From an uncultured Gemmatimonadales bacterium (GTDB lineage: Bacteria; Gemmatimonadota; Gemmatimonadetes; Gemmatimonadales; GWC2-71-9), in the NCBI GenBank assembly GCA_963844035.1, contig CAWJMT010000004.1, positions 160,001 through 224,000 on the forward strand: 64,000 nucleotides of DNA. The letters are read 5' to 3'. Positions 11,873-24,200 of this stretch are shown here, piece by piece (within the stretch, counting starts at the first letter, position 1; the number at the start of each line of letters is the position of its first letter). Made by a program: the position numbers and the translations under genes. The notes under the pieces were generated by a model. That model was not told the DNA's origin. It did not search any database and was given only the letters and a program-made list of their open reading frames with translations.

Positions 11873-12559
11873 ATGAACTGTCATGCCTGCGGTACTCAGC
11901 TCGCGCCCACGGCGCGGTTCTGCCACAAGTGCGGTGCGAAGTTGCGCGGCGATCAGGCGACCGGCTGGCGGGCCGGGCTGCCCTGGGCGCTGGCCGGTAT
12001 GGCCCTGGGAGCGCTGATCGCCGTGGTCGGGCTCAAGTTCACCGGCAAGAGCGCGGCGGCGGGGGCTCCGGAGGCGACCATGCCCCCCAGGGCGAGTGCT
12101 CCGGGAATGGGCAGGCCCCCGGACATCAGCCGGATGACGCCGGAGGAGCGGGCGACCCGCCTGTACAACCGCGTCATGACCCTGCACGCAGCCGGCAAGG
12201 CGGACAGCGCCGAGTTCTTCCTCCCCATGGCCCTCCAGGCCTACGGGATGCTTCCCACGCTCGACGTTGACGCGCACTACCACATGGGCGTGTTGTACCT
12301 GGCGGGCGGTGACGGCGCCGGGGCCCTGGCCCAGGCGGACTCGATCGGACGCCGGGCAGCCACGCATCTGTTCGGGTTCGTGCTGCGCGCCCAGGCGTTC
12401 GAGCTGCAGCGCGATCCCAAGCGCGCGCAGCAAGCCTATCGCGAGTTCCTGAAGAACGAGAAGGCCGAGCGCGCGCGCGCCCTGCCGGAGTACGTGGACC
12501 ACGCGCAGAACCTCGACTCGTTCCACCAGAAGGCCGCCGAGGTGGCTGGCGGAGGGTAG
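11873..12559 (+). CDS. Zinc-ribbon, single TM and helical/TPR-like domain protein
   Basis: CHAC...FCHKCG, a hydrophobic segment, then a helical repeat-like region. Confidence 0.75.
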   Translation: MNCHACGTQLAPTARFCHKCGAKLRGDQATGWRAGLPWALAGMALGALIAVVGLKFTGKSAAAGAPEATMPPRASAPGMGRPPDISRMTPEERATRLYNRVMTLHAAGKADSAEFFLPMALQAYGMLPTLDVDAHYHMGVLYLAGGDGAGALAQADSIGRRAATHLFGFVLRAQAFELQRDPKRAQQAYREFLKNEKAERARALPEYVDHAQNLDSFHQKAAEVAGGG

Positions 12560-12567
12560 ATAGCAAA

Positions 12568-12595
12568 CAGGCCTCCCGATCGTTCCGGAGGCCTG
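12568..12595. terminator. Hairpin between convergent genes (pilC terminator)
   Basis: CAGGCCTCC...GGAGGCCTG 9-bp stem, followed by TTTG on the minus strand. Confidence 0.6.
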
Positions 12596-12620
12596 CGCTC
12601 TACCCTTCCCTCTTCCCGCT

Positions 12621-13826
12621 TTATTGCACCGCGTTCACCATGTCGAAGATGGGCAGGTACATGGCCACCACCATGCCGCCCACGATCACGCCCAGCACCA
12701 CGATCATGATCGGCTCCATGAGGGAGAGCAGTGTGCTCACCGCGGCGTCAACTTCCTCGTCATAGAAGTCGGCGATCTTGGACAGCATCTCGTCCAAGCC
12801 GCCCGTCTGCTCGCCCACCGCGATCATGGAAATGACCATGGGCGGGAACACCTTCGATTTTTGCAGCGGTGCGGCGATCGTCTCACCGCCCGCGATCGAC
12901 GCGCGCGACTCCATCACGGCGTTGTGGATCACCTGGTTGCCGGCCGTGCGGGCGGTGATTTCGAGCCCATCGAGAATCGAGACGCCGGACGAAATGAGCG
13001 TACCGAGCGTGCGGGTGAACCGGGAGACGGCCGACTTGCGGATCACGTCGCCCAGCACCGGCACGTTGAGCATGAAGGTGTCGATCTGCAGCTTGCCGGG
13101 CTCCGTCTGGTAGTAGCGGTTGATCCCGAAGGCGGTACCCCCCATCGCGCCGAGAATGGCCCACCAATAGTGCTTCAACAGGTTGCTCAGCCCGATCACG
13201 ATGCGGGTCGGCAGCGGCAGCTCGAGGTTCACCGACGCGAACATGGCCTGGAAGGTGGGAATCACGAAGATGAGCAGCACCGTGATGGCGATCGCGGCGA
13301 CCGACAAGATCACCACGGGGTACACCATCGCCCCCTTCACCTTGCGGATGATGGCGTCGTTTTTCTCGAGGAATTGCGCCAGCCGGATCAGAATCGTGTC
13401 GAGAATACCGCCCGCCTCACCGGCGGCGACCATGTTGACGAACAGGTCGCTGAAGGCCTTGGGGTGCTTGCGGAGGGCGTCGGCCAGGGTGTGCCCGCTC
13501 TCGACGTCGTACACCACCTGGCGCGTGACGTCGGCCAGGATCTTGTTTTCGGTCTGGTCGGCGAGGATGCCGAGCGCCTGCACCAGGGGAAGTCCCGCAT
13601 TGATCATCGTGGCGAACTGCCGCGTCATGATCACGACGTCGCGCGTCTTGACCCCGCCCCCGAACTTGAAGCTCAGCTTGAACTCGCGCGGCGCCTGCCG
13701 GACCTGCACCACCACCATGCGGTTCTTGCGCAGGTGCGCGATGACGTCGTCGCGGCTCGGCAGGTCGATCTTGTCGTTGACGAGATCGCCCTTCAGCGTG
13801 CGTGCCGTGTACTGGAAGACTGGCAT
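12621..13826 (-). CDS. pilC: Type IV pilus inner-membrane platform protein
   Basis: TRQFATMINAGLPL, AGEAGGILD, VGEQTGGLDEML, AMYLPIF. Confidence 0.95.
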   Translation of the reverse strand: MPVFQYTARTLKGDLVNDKIDLPSRDDVIAHLRKNRMVVVQVRQAPREFKLSFKFGGGVKTRDVVIMTRQFATMINAGLPLVQALGILADQTENKILADVTRQVVYDVESGHTLADALRKHPKAFSDLFVNMVAAGEAGGILDTILIRLAQFLEKNDAIIRKVKGAMVYPVVILSVAAIAITVLLIFVIPTFQAMFASVNLELPLPTRIVIGLSNLLKHYWWAILGAMGGTAFGINRYYQTEPGKLQIDTFMLNVPVLGDVIRKSAVSRFTRTLGTLISSGVSILDGLEITARTAGNQVIHNAVMESRASIAGGETIAAPLQKSKVFPPMVISMIAVGEQTGGLDEMLSKIADFYDEEVDAAVSTLLSLMEPIMIVVLGVIVGGMVVAMYLPIFDMVNAVQ

Positions 13827-14984
13827 AGCTGGCTCCGGCCGCGCCTAGCGGCGCGCGGCGACCTTGGATTGTGGAGGGTGAGTGCCGCCTGCGGCAGCGC
13901 CTCTCGCTCATCAACCGGTGGCTCGCCGATCATCTTCAGGAACTCGTTGGGATTGGACACGACCCGGAGGCACTCGTCCTTGGTCACTTCGTGGTTCATG
14001 TAGAGCTGGTAGAGCGAGTCGGCGAGCGTCTGCATGCCGTACTTCTTTCCCGCCTGCATGGCCGACTCGATCTGGTGGACCTTGTCGTCGCGAATGAGCG
14101 CGCGAATGGCCGGCGTGCACACCATGATCTCGGCCGCCATGACCCGCCCCCGCCCCTTCGCCTTCTGCAGCAGGGTCTGCGTGAGCACGCCCTCGAGCAC
14201 GAAGGCCAGCTGCGCGCGGATCTGCGACTGCTGGTGCGCCGGGAAGATGTCGATGATGCGGTTGATCGTTTCCGCCGCGGAGTTGGTGTGCAGGGTGGCG
14301 AACGCGAGGTGCCCCGTTTCGGCGATCGTCAGCGCCGCCTGCGTCGTCTCCAGATCGCGCATTTCGCCCACCAGCACGACGTCGGGGTCCTGGCGCAGGG
14401 CGTACTTGAGCGCGGCCGCGAAGCTGTTGGTGTCGGTCCCCACCTCGCGCTGGTTGACGATGCAGCTCTGGTGGCGGTGGATGAATTCGATCGGGTCTTC
14501 GACCGTGATGATGTGACCCTTCATTTCCTTGTTGATCTTGTCGATCATCGCCGCCAGCGTCGTGCTCTTGCCCGAGCCCGTCGGCCCCGTCACCAGCACC
14601 AGGCCGCGCGGCCGCTCGGCGAGCTTGCGCCACGACGCCCGGGAGACCGAGGTCGTCGAACGTGCGGACGTTGAAGGGGATTTGCCGGATCACCAGCGAC
14701 ACGCAGCCGCGCTGCTTGAAGCAGTTGCCGCGGAACCGCGCCAGGTTCTGGATTCCGAACGAGAAGTCCAGCTCGTTCTCGGTCTCGAAGCGCTTTTTCT
14801 GCGTCTCCGTGAGAACCGAGTAGGCCAGGGACAGCGTGTCCTTGGGCGTCATCACCTCGTCCGTGGACGCGTTGCCCATGTCGCCGTCCACGCGCAGCTT
14901 GGGCCGCTCGCCCGCCACGATGTGCAAGTCGGACGCGTCTTTCTCGATCATTTCTTCGAGCAGCGCCCGCAGATTCACCGTCAT
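13793..14984 (-). CDS. pilT: Type IV pilus retraction ATPase; frameshift near 14625, true stop possibly near 13845
   Basis: ASDLH, GPTGSGKSTT, ALRQDPDVVLVGEMRD, AIRALIRD, GMQT. Confidence 0.92.
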
Positions 14985-16696
14985 CCGGCCGTCTCCTTCA
15001 CGACTTCTTCGAGGGAAGTAATGCCCCGCTTGACCTTCAGCATCCCGTCCATGCGCAGGGTGAGCATGCCGTCTTTCACCGCCTGTTGCTGGAGCTCCTC
15101 GGTCGACCCGCCTTTCAGCACCAGGCGCCGGAGGTTACTCGTCATCGACATCACCTCATAGAGCCCCTGCCGGCCCTTGTAGCCGGTCCCGCCGCAGGTA
15201 TCGCACCCCTGGCCCTTGAAGAAGGTAAGCTTGGCCGCGTCGGCGAGGGGAATCGAGAGCGCGTGCAGCTCGTCATCGGTGTATTTGTGCTCGGTTTTGC
15301 ACCCCGAGCAGATGCGCCGCACCAGCCGCTGCGCCACGATCAGGTTCACCGCGCTCGCCACGTTGAACGGCTCGATCCCCATGTCGATCATGCGTGTCAC
15401 GGTGGACGGCGCGTCGTTCGTATGCAGCGTGGAGAGCACCAGGTGGCCGGTGAGCGCGGCCTTGATCGCGATCGACCCCGTCTCCATGTCGCGGATCTCA
15501 CCCACCATGATGATGTTCGGGTCCTGCCGCAGGAACGCCTTCAACGCGGCCGCGAACGTCATCCCGACGTCGTTCTTGACCAGGACCTGGTTGATGCCCA
15601 TGAGGTTGTACTCAACCGGGTCCTCGGCGGTCATGATGTTGACTTCGATCGTGTTGATCGTCGACAACGCCGAATAGAGCGTCGTGGTCTTCCCGGAGCC
15701 GGTTGGACCGGTCACGAGCACCATCCCGTACGGATTCAGGATGGCCTTCAGCAGTTCTTGCTCGGCTTTCACCTCGAACCCGAACTTCTTCAGGTCGAGC
15801 GTCAGGTTGCCCTTGTCGAGAATCCGGAGCACGATCTTCTCGCCGAACAGCACGGGGAGCGTCGACACGCGGAAATCGATCACGCGCACGCCCATCTTCA
15901 GCTTGATGCGGCCGTCCTGCGGCACCCGCCGCTCGGCGATGTTCAAGGACGCCATGATCTTGACGCGCGAGGTCAGCGCGGCCCGCATCTTGATCGGCGG
16001 CTTCATGACCTCCTGCAGGGCACCGTCCACGCGGTAGCGCACGCGCATTTCGTGCTCGAACGGCTCGATATGGATATCGGAGGCGCCGCGCTTGACCGCG
16101 TCGGTGAGGAGCCCGTTGATCAGCTTGACCACCGGGGCGTCGTCCGCCAGGTCCTGCGCCTTGACGTCGTCATCCGTCGACTCCTCTACGACCTCAAGGT
16201 CCTCGGCGGCCTCCACGCTCCGCAGCAGGTTTTGCAGCTGCGCGTCCGACTGCTGGTAGTGGCGGTCGATGGCGTTGCGCAGCGTGTACTCCCCGGCGAT
16301 CACCGGGAACACGTCGCACCGCGTGATGAACTTGATGTCCTCGATGGCGGCGACGTTGTTCGGATCGGCGATCGCGATCGTCAGCGTCCGGCCCTCGCGC
16401 TTGAGGGGGAGGACGGTGTGCTTGATGGCGATATCGGGGGGGAGCAGCTTCAAAATCTTGGGATCGACCTCGAACCGGGAGAGGTCGACGGCGGGCATGC
16501 GATACTGGCGGGCCAGCATCTTGGTGACCTCGGTCTCTTCGATGAACCCGAGCTTCACCAACGTGTAGCCCAAACGCATCCCCGAGCTCTTTTGGTCGAG
16601 GAGCGCTTTCTTCAGCTGGTCCTGGGTGATGAGGCCCTCGCGGACGAGGATATCACCCAGCTTGTCCGTGGTGGCCGCTGCGGTCGCCGTATGCAA
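14981..16696 (-). CDS. pilB: Type IV pilus extension ATPase (start approximate)
   Basis: MshEN-like KLGDILVREGLIT, ASDIHIEP, GPTGSGKTTT, LRQDP, CxxC/CxxC zinc motif. Confidence 0.95.
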   Translation of the reverse strand: MHTATAAATTDKLGDILVREGLITQDQLKKALLDQKSSGMRLGYTLVKLGFIEETEVTKMLARQYRMPAVDLSRFEVDPKILKLLPPDIAIKHTVLPLKREGRTLTIAIADPNNVAAIEDIKFITRCDVFPVIAGEYTLRNAIDRHYQQSDAQLQNLLRSVEAAEDLEVVEESTDDDVKAQDLADDAPVVKLINGLLTDAVKRGASDIHIEPFEHEMRVRYRVDGALQEVMKPPIKMRAALTSRVKIMASLNIAERRVPQDGRIKLKMGVRVIDFRVSTLPVLFGEKIVLRILDKGNLTLDLKKFGFEVKAEQELLKAILNPYGMVLVTGPTGSGKTTTLYSALSTINTIEVNIMTAEDPVEYNLMGINQVLVKNDVGMTFAAALKAFLRQDPNIIMVGEIRDMETGSIAIKAALTGHLVLSTLHTNDAPSTVTRMIDMGIEPFNVASAVNLIVAQRLVRRICSGCKTEHKYTDDELHALSIPLADAAKLTFFKGQGCDTCGGTGYKGRQGLYEVMSMTSNLRRLVLKGGSTEELQQQAVKDGMLTLRMDGMLKVKRGITSLEEVVKETAG

Positions 16697-16717
16697 CTCG
16701 TTGAAATTGAACGACCT

Positions 16718-16746
16718 AAAATAGGAATCGGTGCTGGTGCGGTCAA
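16718..16746 (-). promoter_or_regulatory. Sigma70-type promoter for pilB-pilT-pilC
   Basis: Minus strand TTGACC-N17-TATTTT in an AT-rich gap just upstream of pilB. Confidence 0.65.
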
Positions 16747-17162
16747 GGCGGCGACGCTCTCGCCCCTGAAAATGTGACGAAAGGACGCACCGCCTCGAGG
16801 AGGCGGGGACCGACACCGGGCACGCTGTCCAGTCGCTCGAGTCGGCCGAACACACCGTGCTCGGTGCGCCAGGCGACGATCCGCTGCGCGACTGACGGGC
16901 CCACCCGCGGCAGCCGCGTGATCTCGGTCACGTCCGCTCGGTCCATGTCCACTAGGTCCCCCGGCGCGAGCGGCCGGGCGAGCCGCGCCGCGGTGCGCGC
17001 CACCTGTTGCAGACCGCTCGCGGATCCGTGCTGGGGCGTGTCGACTACGGCGACGAGCTGCACGTCGCCTGGTGCGGCGGCGCGCGGCGCGAGCATGTAC
17101 CGCACGCCGGCACCAGTCAGCGCCAGGAGGCTGAGGAACAGCGCGGCACGGCGGTCGTCCAT
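16743..17162 (-). CDS. comEA: ComEA-family helix-hairpin-helix DNA-binding protein
   Basis: N-terminal TM, VDMDRA..EITRLPRVGPSVAQRIV...LDSVPGVGP double HhH. Confidence 0.85.
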   Translation of the reverse strand: MDDRRAALFLSLLALTGAGVRYMLAPRAAAPGDVQLVAVVDTPQHGSASGLQQVARTAARLARPLAPGDLVDMDRADVTEITRLPRVGPSVAQRIVAWRTEHGVFGRLERLDSVPGVGPRLLEAVRPFVTFSGARASPP

Positions 17163-17265
17163 GGGGAGCGACGCTAGCACGGCGAACGGTGTGGCGGTGG
17201 GATCCGGAATTGCGCGGGAGGGGGCGAAAGACAGACGCTGACGAGTCGCTACGACGCCAGGTCGC

Positions 17266-17340
17266 CTAGCGCTAGCGCTAGCGCTTGGCGTCTAGCGTCT
17301 TAGCGTCTTAGCGTCTTAGCGTCCTAGCGTCTTAGCGTCT
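17266..17340. repeat. Short tandem repeats: (CTAGCG)x3 then (TAGCGTCT)x6
   Basis: Six octamers at 17293-17340 (one TAGCGTCC variant), preceded by palindromic TAGCGCTAGCGCTA. Confidence 0.9.
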
Positions 17341-17341
17341 T

Positions 17342-18238
17342 CTACCGCACCAGCGCCACCGCCACATCCCCGACGATCTGCAACGACGCCGCTGACACCT
17401 TATCGATCGTATCGTCGGTCGTGTGCCAGTACGGGTAGTCGAAATCGACCACGTCGATCGCGTGCACGCCCGCGCGCTGCAGTGCGACGTGGTCGTCGAT
17501 CAGCGTGTGCTTTACGCCAGGGAGGAACGACCGGCCGTACCCCAGCTCGCGCGCGATGCGCCACACGCGATCCACGACCTCGGGGGCGACGGCCTGCGAG
17601 TTGCCCTCGTAGTAGATCTCCAGGTTCTTGTCGGCCACCATGTCGAACAGCACGGCGAACAACGGTGGGTATCCGGGCGGCTGGTGCGCCGCGAAGTAGC
17701 GCGACCCAATCAGCGCCTCGGTCGAGTCGGAGAAGTTGCCGTAGTCCTCCCCGTCCACGAAGAGCAGGTCCACGCCGAGCCCTGGAGCCTTGGCCTTGAG
17801 CGCGTCCGCGACGCCGAGCAGGACGGCGACCCCGGAGGCACCGTCGTTGGCACCCGGCACCGGCAGGCGTTGGGCGGCACGGCTGGCGCTCTGGTCCGCG
17901 TGCGGCCGTGTGTCCCAGTGTGCCAGGAACAGGACGCGCTCGGCGGCCTGCGGGCGGAACCGCGCCAGGAAGTTCCGCAACCGCAACGTCTCGCCGCGGC
18001 GCGTCCGGTGGACGAACGGGGTGACGATGACCGTGTCCGCGGTGGCCTGCAGCCGGGTGAGGATCCAGTCGCCGGTTTGCTCGTGCGGCGGCGTATTGGG
18101 AATGCGGGGGCCGAAGGAGACCTGCTGCTGGAGGTAGGTGAACGCCCGCTCGCCGTCGAACTCGTGCCGGCGCGCTCCGGACCCCGCCTGGCATGCCAGC
18201 AACGGCAACAGGCAGGCGGCCCATCGAGCGCCGATCAC
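17342..18238 (-). CDS. M28 family peptidase / glutaminyl cyclase-like lipoprotein
   Basis: Lipobox LLAC, AHWDTR, GANDGASG, DGEDYG, DMVAD, DDH, WHTTDD. Confidence 0.88.
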   Translation of the reverse strand: MIGARWAACLLPLLACQAGSGARRHEFDGERAFTYLQQQVSFGPRIPNTPPHEQTGDWILTRLQATADTVIVTPFVHRTRRGETLRLRNFLARFRPQAAERVLFLAHWDTRPHADQSASRAAQRLPVPGANDGASGVAVLLGVADALKAKAPGLGVDLLFVDGEDYGNFSDSTEALIGSRYFAAHQPPGYPPLFAVLFDMVADKNLEIYYEGNSQAVAPEVVDRVWRIARELGYGRSFLPGVKHTLIDDHVALQRAGVHAIDVVDFDYPYWHTTDDTIDKVSAASLQIVGDVAVALVR

Positions 18239-21200
18239 CGGATCTGCCCCACGCTCGTCGAGAGATTCACGAACGCCGTGATCACGAGCTGCGCCGTCTT
18301 GTGGTTCGTCTGCCGGTCGTCGTTCACCACGTAGCCCATCTGGAACCCCGCGCTGAGGGAAGGGGGAAAGTCCGTGTCGAAAGTAACCTGGGTCTGGGTC
18401 TGACGGCTGTCCACGTAGGGAACGCACGTCGCCTGCCCGGCCGACTGGAGGCACACCGCGTTCCGGCTCGTCGTGTAGTGCGCCGTGGCGCGAATCATGT
18501 TCTTGAGCCGCGCAATGCGCGCGGGCGGGCGGAACTGAAAGTTGAGGCCGGCACCCGCCTGGTTGCGGGTCGTGCGGAACAGGTTGCCCGCGTTGATCGC
18601 GTCGCTCGTGATCTCGGTGAGGTCGAACGAGGTCAAGACCCCCGCCGGCCAGGTGACGGCGATCGACGGCGAGATGTTTCGCTCGGTCGTCTGCGATGAC
18701 GCCGCCCCCGGGGTCCCGCTGAACACGAACTGCGCGCTGGTTGCCTCGCGACGCCGATAGGTGAAGCGGGCGGTGAACCCGCGGATCACCCGGCCGACCG
18801 ACGTACGCGCCGGTGTCACGTTCCAGCTCGCGACCGCGGAAGGCCATTCCACGCTGTTCGTTTGCAGCGGGACCTGTTCGTCGGCGCGCAGCAACCAGGT
18901 CACGCCCCGGGTGTGCTGGTAGTTGGTACTCACGCGCAAATTCAGGGGGAGCAGCAGGGTGGCGGCGGCGTTGACGTTCAGGTTGTCGGACGCCGACCCG
19001 GCCGGGACACCGCTCTGGCTGAGAAAGCTCCCGAAGCCACCGGTGGCAAACTGGTAGCCGAGCGAAGGAACGAAGGGCGCGTCGAAGTAGGTCGAGCCGT
19101 AGGAGCGCCCGTACGAGACGTCGAGGTTCGCCAGGCGCCCGAACAACCGGGCGAGCGAGGCGCTGTCCCCGAACACGCGCTGACCGAGGCGGCGGGCGTC
19201 GAGCTGCGCACCCACGTCCACGCGCCGGGAATTGGTGAAGGCGACCGGCATCGCGAACCCGGCACTGTCCACGATGTCCGGGACGGGAGCACGCGCGTTC
19301 GGGTCCCGGTTGAACGTGAAGAAGGTTGCCAGGGTGAACCGCGGCCGCAGCCAGGTCACGAGGCGCGGGGTCGCGCCGAGGAACGTCGTCAGGTCCCGCT
19401 GCCGCTCGAACCCGGCGTCCCGCCCCAGGAAGCTGCCGCTCTCCTGCTGGATCAGCTGCCCCATGATCGTCGAGTCCCCGTAGTCGCGGAGATCGCGCAG
19501 CGACGCGAGCGACATGCGCAGCTGCAGGCCGGTGAGCGGCACGAGATCCACGTTGCCCGAGTTGCGCCACACTTTGCTCTGGGAGATCGCCGGGGCCACC
19601 AAGGTGTCGGAGTCCCGCGCGATCGGGACGGCGTAGGTGGAGCGCGACCCATCGGACCCCGCGAGGCTCGACTGGAGCCGCAGCGAGGTCGGGGTGATAC
19701 GCACCGGCCCCAGGTACTTCTTGGCGGGCGCGAGCGCGTAGTCGATGTTGCCGACATAGCTCGAGGCATTCGCGAGCGACAGCTCCGTACGCCCGCTCCC
19801 GCTGGTGGCCCCTCCCGACAGGCTGACCGGGTCCACCAGGTGCCGCAGGAGGGGGTTGGAGGAGCGTCGGATGTGCCGCAGCGACAGCGCGTAGCTCGTC
19901 GCGGCGCTCTGGGGCGTGCGCAGCCCCTGCAGCTCGGCGGTCTCGATGTCGGTGCCCCCGAGGTAGAACGGCGCGCTGGACGTCGTCACGTGGCGCACCG
20001 ATAGCGGCATCGCGATTCCCCAGCGCGTCGGGCAGGAACCGACTGAGCTGGACGGTCCCGGCCATCATGAGGGCGTTGTTCGTCGCGTAGCTCGGGTCTT
20101 CGGTGAGCTGGCGGAACTGGCCGTCCCGCCGTGAGTAGTTGAGCGTGAAGTCCCCGACGTTGGCTGCGGAGAGATTCAGATCGACGGCCTCGGCGGTCCC
20201 GACGTCCTGCACGACGTCGGTCAGGCGGATGTCGTCAATCCACAGCTCCGCCTGGTCGATCACCGTGCGCTCGTCCACGCGCCAGATCCCCCCCGCGAGC
20301 TCCTGGACCGCTGCGAGGTTGGGCGGCGCGGTGGCCGGGTCCCGCACGTGCACGATGTACTCCCCATCGCACATCACGTACGCGGAGTCACGCGGCACCA
20401 GCGTGGAGTCCGGGCACCCGGCGTACACCTGGGGCGGATCGCCCAGCAGCCATGCCTGCTCGATGCGCGCCCGCAGGGCAAGCCAGCGGCTGAAATCGAC
20501 CACCACCTCGGGCTCCCAGGTGGTCGTGCGCGCCGGGACGTGATAGAAATAGAAATTGTCCTCGTTCTTCCCCACCTTCACGTAGAAATGCAGATCCTCC
20601 TCCTCCCACCCTGCACCGCGGCCCCGGGCCCACACGCGCAGCTGACGGTACTTGAGGAAATTCTTGTCACCCACGGTGGTAAACTGGTTGAACGCTTCGG
20701 CGCGCTGACCGCGCACCAGCCCGCTCGCCAGCAGGCGCAGCGAGCGCTCGTTGATCTGGGTGCTGCCGATCTGGACGTTCGCGTCCACGCGTGACGCCTC
20801 GTCGCCGACGCCGGGCGGCGAGGTGTAGCCCAGGTCGCGGTTTTCCGTGCTCACGACCGACGCGGTCACGTCGCCCACGCCCGTGCCCTCGCTGCCCGCG
20901 AGCCCGGGGATCGGCGTCGCGGCGCGCTTGAGCCAGGTCGCCCCCACCAGGCGCACCCGGGAGAGGCCGAAGAACACCTGGGGGTCCGGCTGGCCGGGCG
21001 GCGCGGTCTGCGGCGCGACGACGGTGATGCGCAGGGCCTGGACCTGGCGCGGCGAAGGCGTGCCCTGGAGCAGCGTATCGGCGCGGAACGGGATGCGGTA
21101 CAGGCGCCACCCGGCCGACCCGTCGGGATTCCCCAGGCTGTCCAGCACGGGAACCATCCCGCCGTCGCGCACGTAGAGGGCATCGTCGCCGATCGGAAAC

Positions 21201-24200
21201 ACGTAGCGGACGAAGCTCTCCGCCGTGCGCACGCCCGCCGCGGAGTCGAGCTGGAAGTCGCCGTCCAGATCCTCGCTGTCGATGGCGTCGTTGTTGCGCC
21301 CGCAGCGTGATCGGAGGTCCCCGAAGGCATAACTCGTGAGCGCGCCGTTCGTGGCGGCGCTGCATAGCGGGAGGGTGTCGACGCCCGAGCCTTTCCCGGC
21401 GTCCCAGATCCCGTCCACGACGCGATCGCTGAGAATGCCCACGTCGTTGACGGCGGCGCTCCAGGAGCGGGTGAGCGCTTCGGATTCGGTGTTGAGGCCG
21501 CCGCGGCCCGCCTCGCGGCGGCCGGCGTAGGTCGTGTCCCCTGCGGGGCTGACGGTCAGGGTTTCGGGCACAAACGCCGCCGCGTCTTCGAACACCGATC
21601 CGAAATCGAGCAGCAGCGCGGTGTTGTTGGCCTTGGCCGTGCGATGGTTGTCCTCCCACACCCAGAGCTCGAGGTATTCCACGCGCGACAGATCGATTCC
21701 GGTGGGGGAGAGCACCTGCGTGATGGAACGCCAGCGGGGGCCGTCCCGGTGGGGACGCACCCAGTTGACCGCACCGGTGCGCGAATTGGCCAGCCCCAGC
21801 ACCGTATCGGGCTTCATCATGATCCAGAGCGCAGGCTCAGCCGATTGCGTCTGCCCCACCGTGACGATCGTCGGATCGATCTGCTGAGCGTAGAACTGGA
21901 TCGGCGTGCCGTTCCGGTTGAAGGGCAGGCTCTGCCACGTGAGCGCCGCGGCGTTGCCGGTGTCGAAGGGGACGGTCGCGAACCCGAACGGCTCGGCGCC
22001 GCGGGTGGTCGTCGGCTGGCTGCCCCAGTGCCAGCCGTTGTCCACGAGCGACACAAAGCGCCCGGCCTCCGCTTCGAAGTCGTCGACAGACGCTTCCCCC
22101 AGCCGGTTGGGGCGCGGTCGCGACAACGCCGCCTCGGCCGAGACGTTGAGGAACGAGGGCGCGTCGGTGTGGATGCCCGGGAGCGCGTCGAGCAGGCGCG
22201 TGATCCACGTGGGCTTGAAGTGCAGCTCGGTGGTGATCCCACCGATGAAACTGGACGACGGCTCCGAGCCGAGCGGCGGCCGGGTGAACGCACTCTGCTG
22301 CCTCTGGAACAGGCCGGTCAGGTTGACGTTCCCACGCTCGCCGAGATCGTAGCGGGCGGCGATGCCGTAGATGGCCGTGGGCGCCACGGCAAAGGCCGCG
22401 CGCTCCTCGAATTGGGCCCGCACCTGCGTGCTGCCCGCGGCGAACAGCGAATCGGCGCCGATGAACAGTACGGTGCCCGACGGATAGTCGATGGTGTAGT
22501 CGGTGCCGCGGGTGAGGAGCCGGGTGCCCACGTAGATCCGCTCGCTCCCCTCGCGAATCTGGACGCTGTTCAGCTCGAGCGTGCCGCGGTCTCCGGCCAG
22601 CGACACGTTCGCGTGCGCGCGCAGGCTGAAAACCGACGGCGGCGCCTGGGTGGCCAGCAACGTGACCGGTGTGCGGTACAGCGAATCGTTGCGCTCCGTG
22701 GGCCCCAGCAGGGTGGAGTCCGCGAACGGGGTGAGGTGCGGGAATACGACGAAATAGTCCCGTACCGGCGCGCCCTGCTGCGGGTCGCGCGCGCGCGGGA
22801 AGACCCGGTTGTACTCGTCCAGCACCGTGGCGTCGGACGCCAGCGCGAGCCCGAGCCGGGCCAGGTAGGTCTCGTCGGTCGACACCGTCCGCTCGCGCTG
22901 GTTGACCGTCAGCGCGAGGCGCACCGATTCCCGGATGATTTCGCTGCCACCGATCCGGTAGGCGCTGCGGATCTCGAACCGGAACGACGGCAGGGCCGTG
23001 GTGACGCCGGGACGGGGATCGTAGACGAGCCGCAGCGTGTCAACGACGGTCGGATCGGGGTTGGCCACGATCGGGAACGTCCCGACGCACGGGAGGGTCG
23101 CGCTGCACCCGGTCTGCCCGACCGGGACGTAGGACACGGCGAGGTAGTCGTTCAGGTCCAGACGGTTGGCGAGCGCGAACCATACGCCGCTCGGATCGAC
23201 GTAGTAATCCTTGCCCTCCTGCAGCACCTCCCACTGAAACGGACCGGCGCGCTGCACCGAGCAGTCCACCGCTTGCGCCGGTCCCACGCCGCACGCCGCG
23301 GCCCGGACGCCGCCGATGTTCTGATTCGCTACCGAGGTGGGAGACACGGCCCGCAGGCGGTACACCCGCAGGCTGCCCACCCGGAGCGCCGGGGGAACCT
23401 GCACCGGCGACACGTTGAGCACGTCGACGGCTGGATAACCGGCGATGGCGGCCGGGTCCACCACGAAGAAGAACCGGCCGGGCTCGTAGTCGAGGTCGCG
23501 CGCCACGCGGTCGACGGGCTGCGTGTTGGTCTCGCCGATCGTGTAGGTGCGATCCTGCACGATGCTGCCCTTCTGCTGCGCGAAGATCCCGCGCAGCTCC
23601 AGCGGACCGATCTGCGCGACCCCCTGCACGCCGAAATTGTTCGCCGGGATCGCCGCCGTGATGAAGCGGGAGCGCGGCATCTGGAACGTCACATTGCCCA
23701 CCTCCACACGGCGCACGACTTCGTCTTCGAGTCCTTCGTACCACACCTGAATGTTGTTGTTGGCGTCGAACTCGCGCTCGCTGTCGAAGTCCACGCTCAC
23801 GTGCAGGCGCTGCGCCACGGTGCCGCCGGTGCGGATCGCGTATTGCGGGTTGGGCGTGATCGTCGGGAATCCTGCGTTGCAGCCGGACAGCGCTTGCTGT
23901 TGGTCGAACGCGGTGCACTGCAGGTTGCGGAACTGATCGGCCTTCATCTCGAACCGCAGGTTGAGCTGCATGCCGATGTCCGCGTATTGCCCGAGCGGTC
24001 CCGGGCGGCGCAGGGGCGGAGCGGGAAGCGGCGGTGCGGCCCCGGTGTCGGCAGCCAGCAGAACAACGGGCGCGGGGGTGAGGCCGCGCGACAGCGTCGC
24101 GCGCAGGCGCGTTTCCCACGCAGCCGCGACGAGGGCGGGTGTGGTCCGGGGTCCGAAACGTCCGCCGGGCGCGAGCGCGGCGTTGTGTGGGGCCCCGATG

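Noticed and set aside
17266..17340. Possible CRISPR array
   Set aside because: Contiguous 6- and 8-bp units with no spacers, and no cas genes
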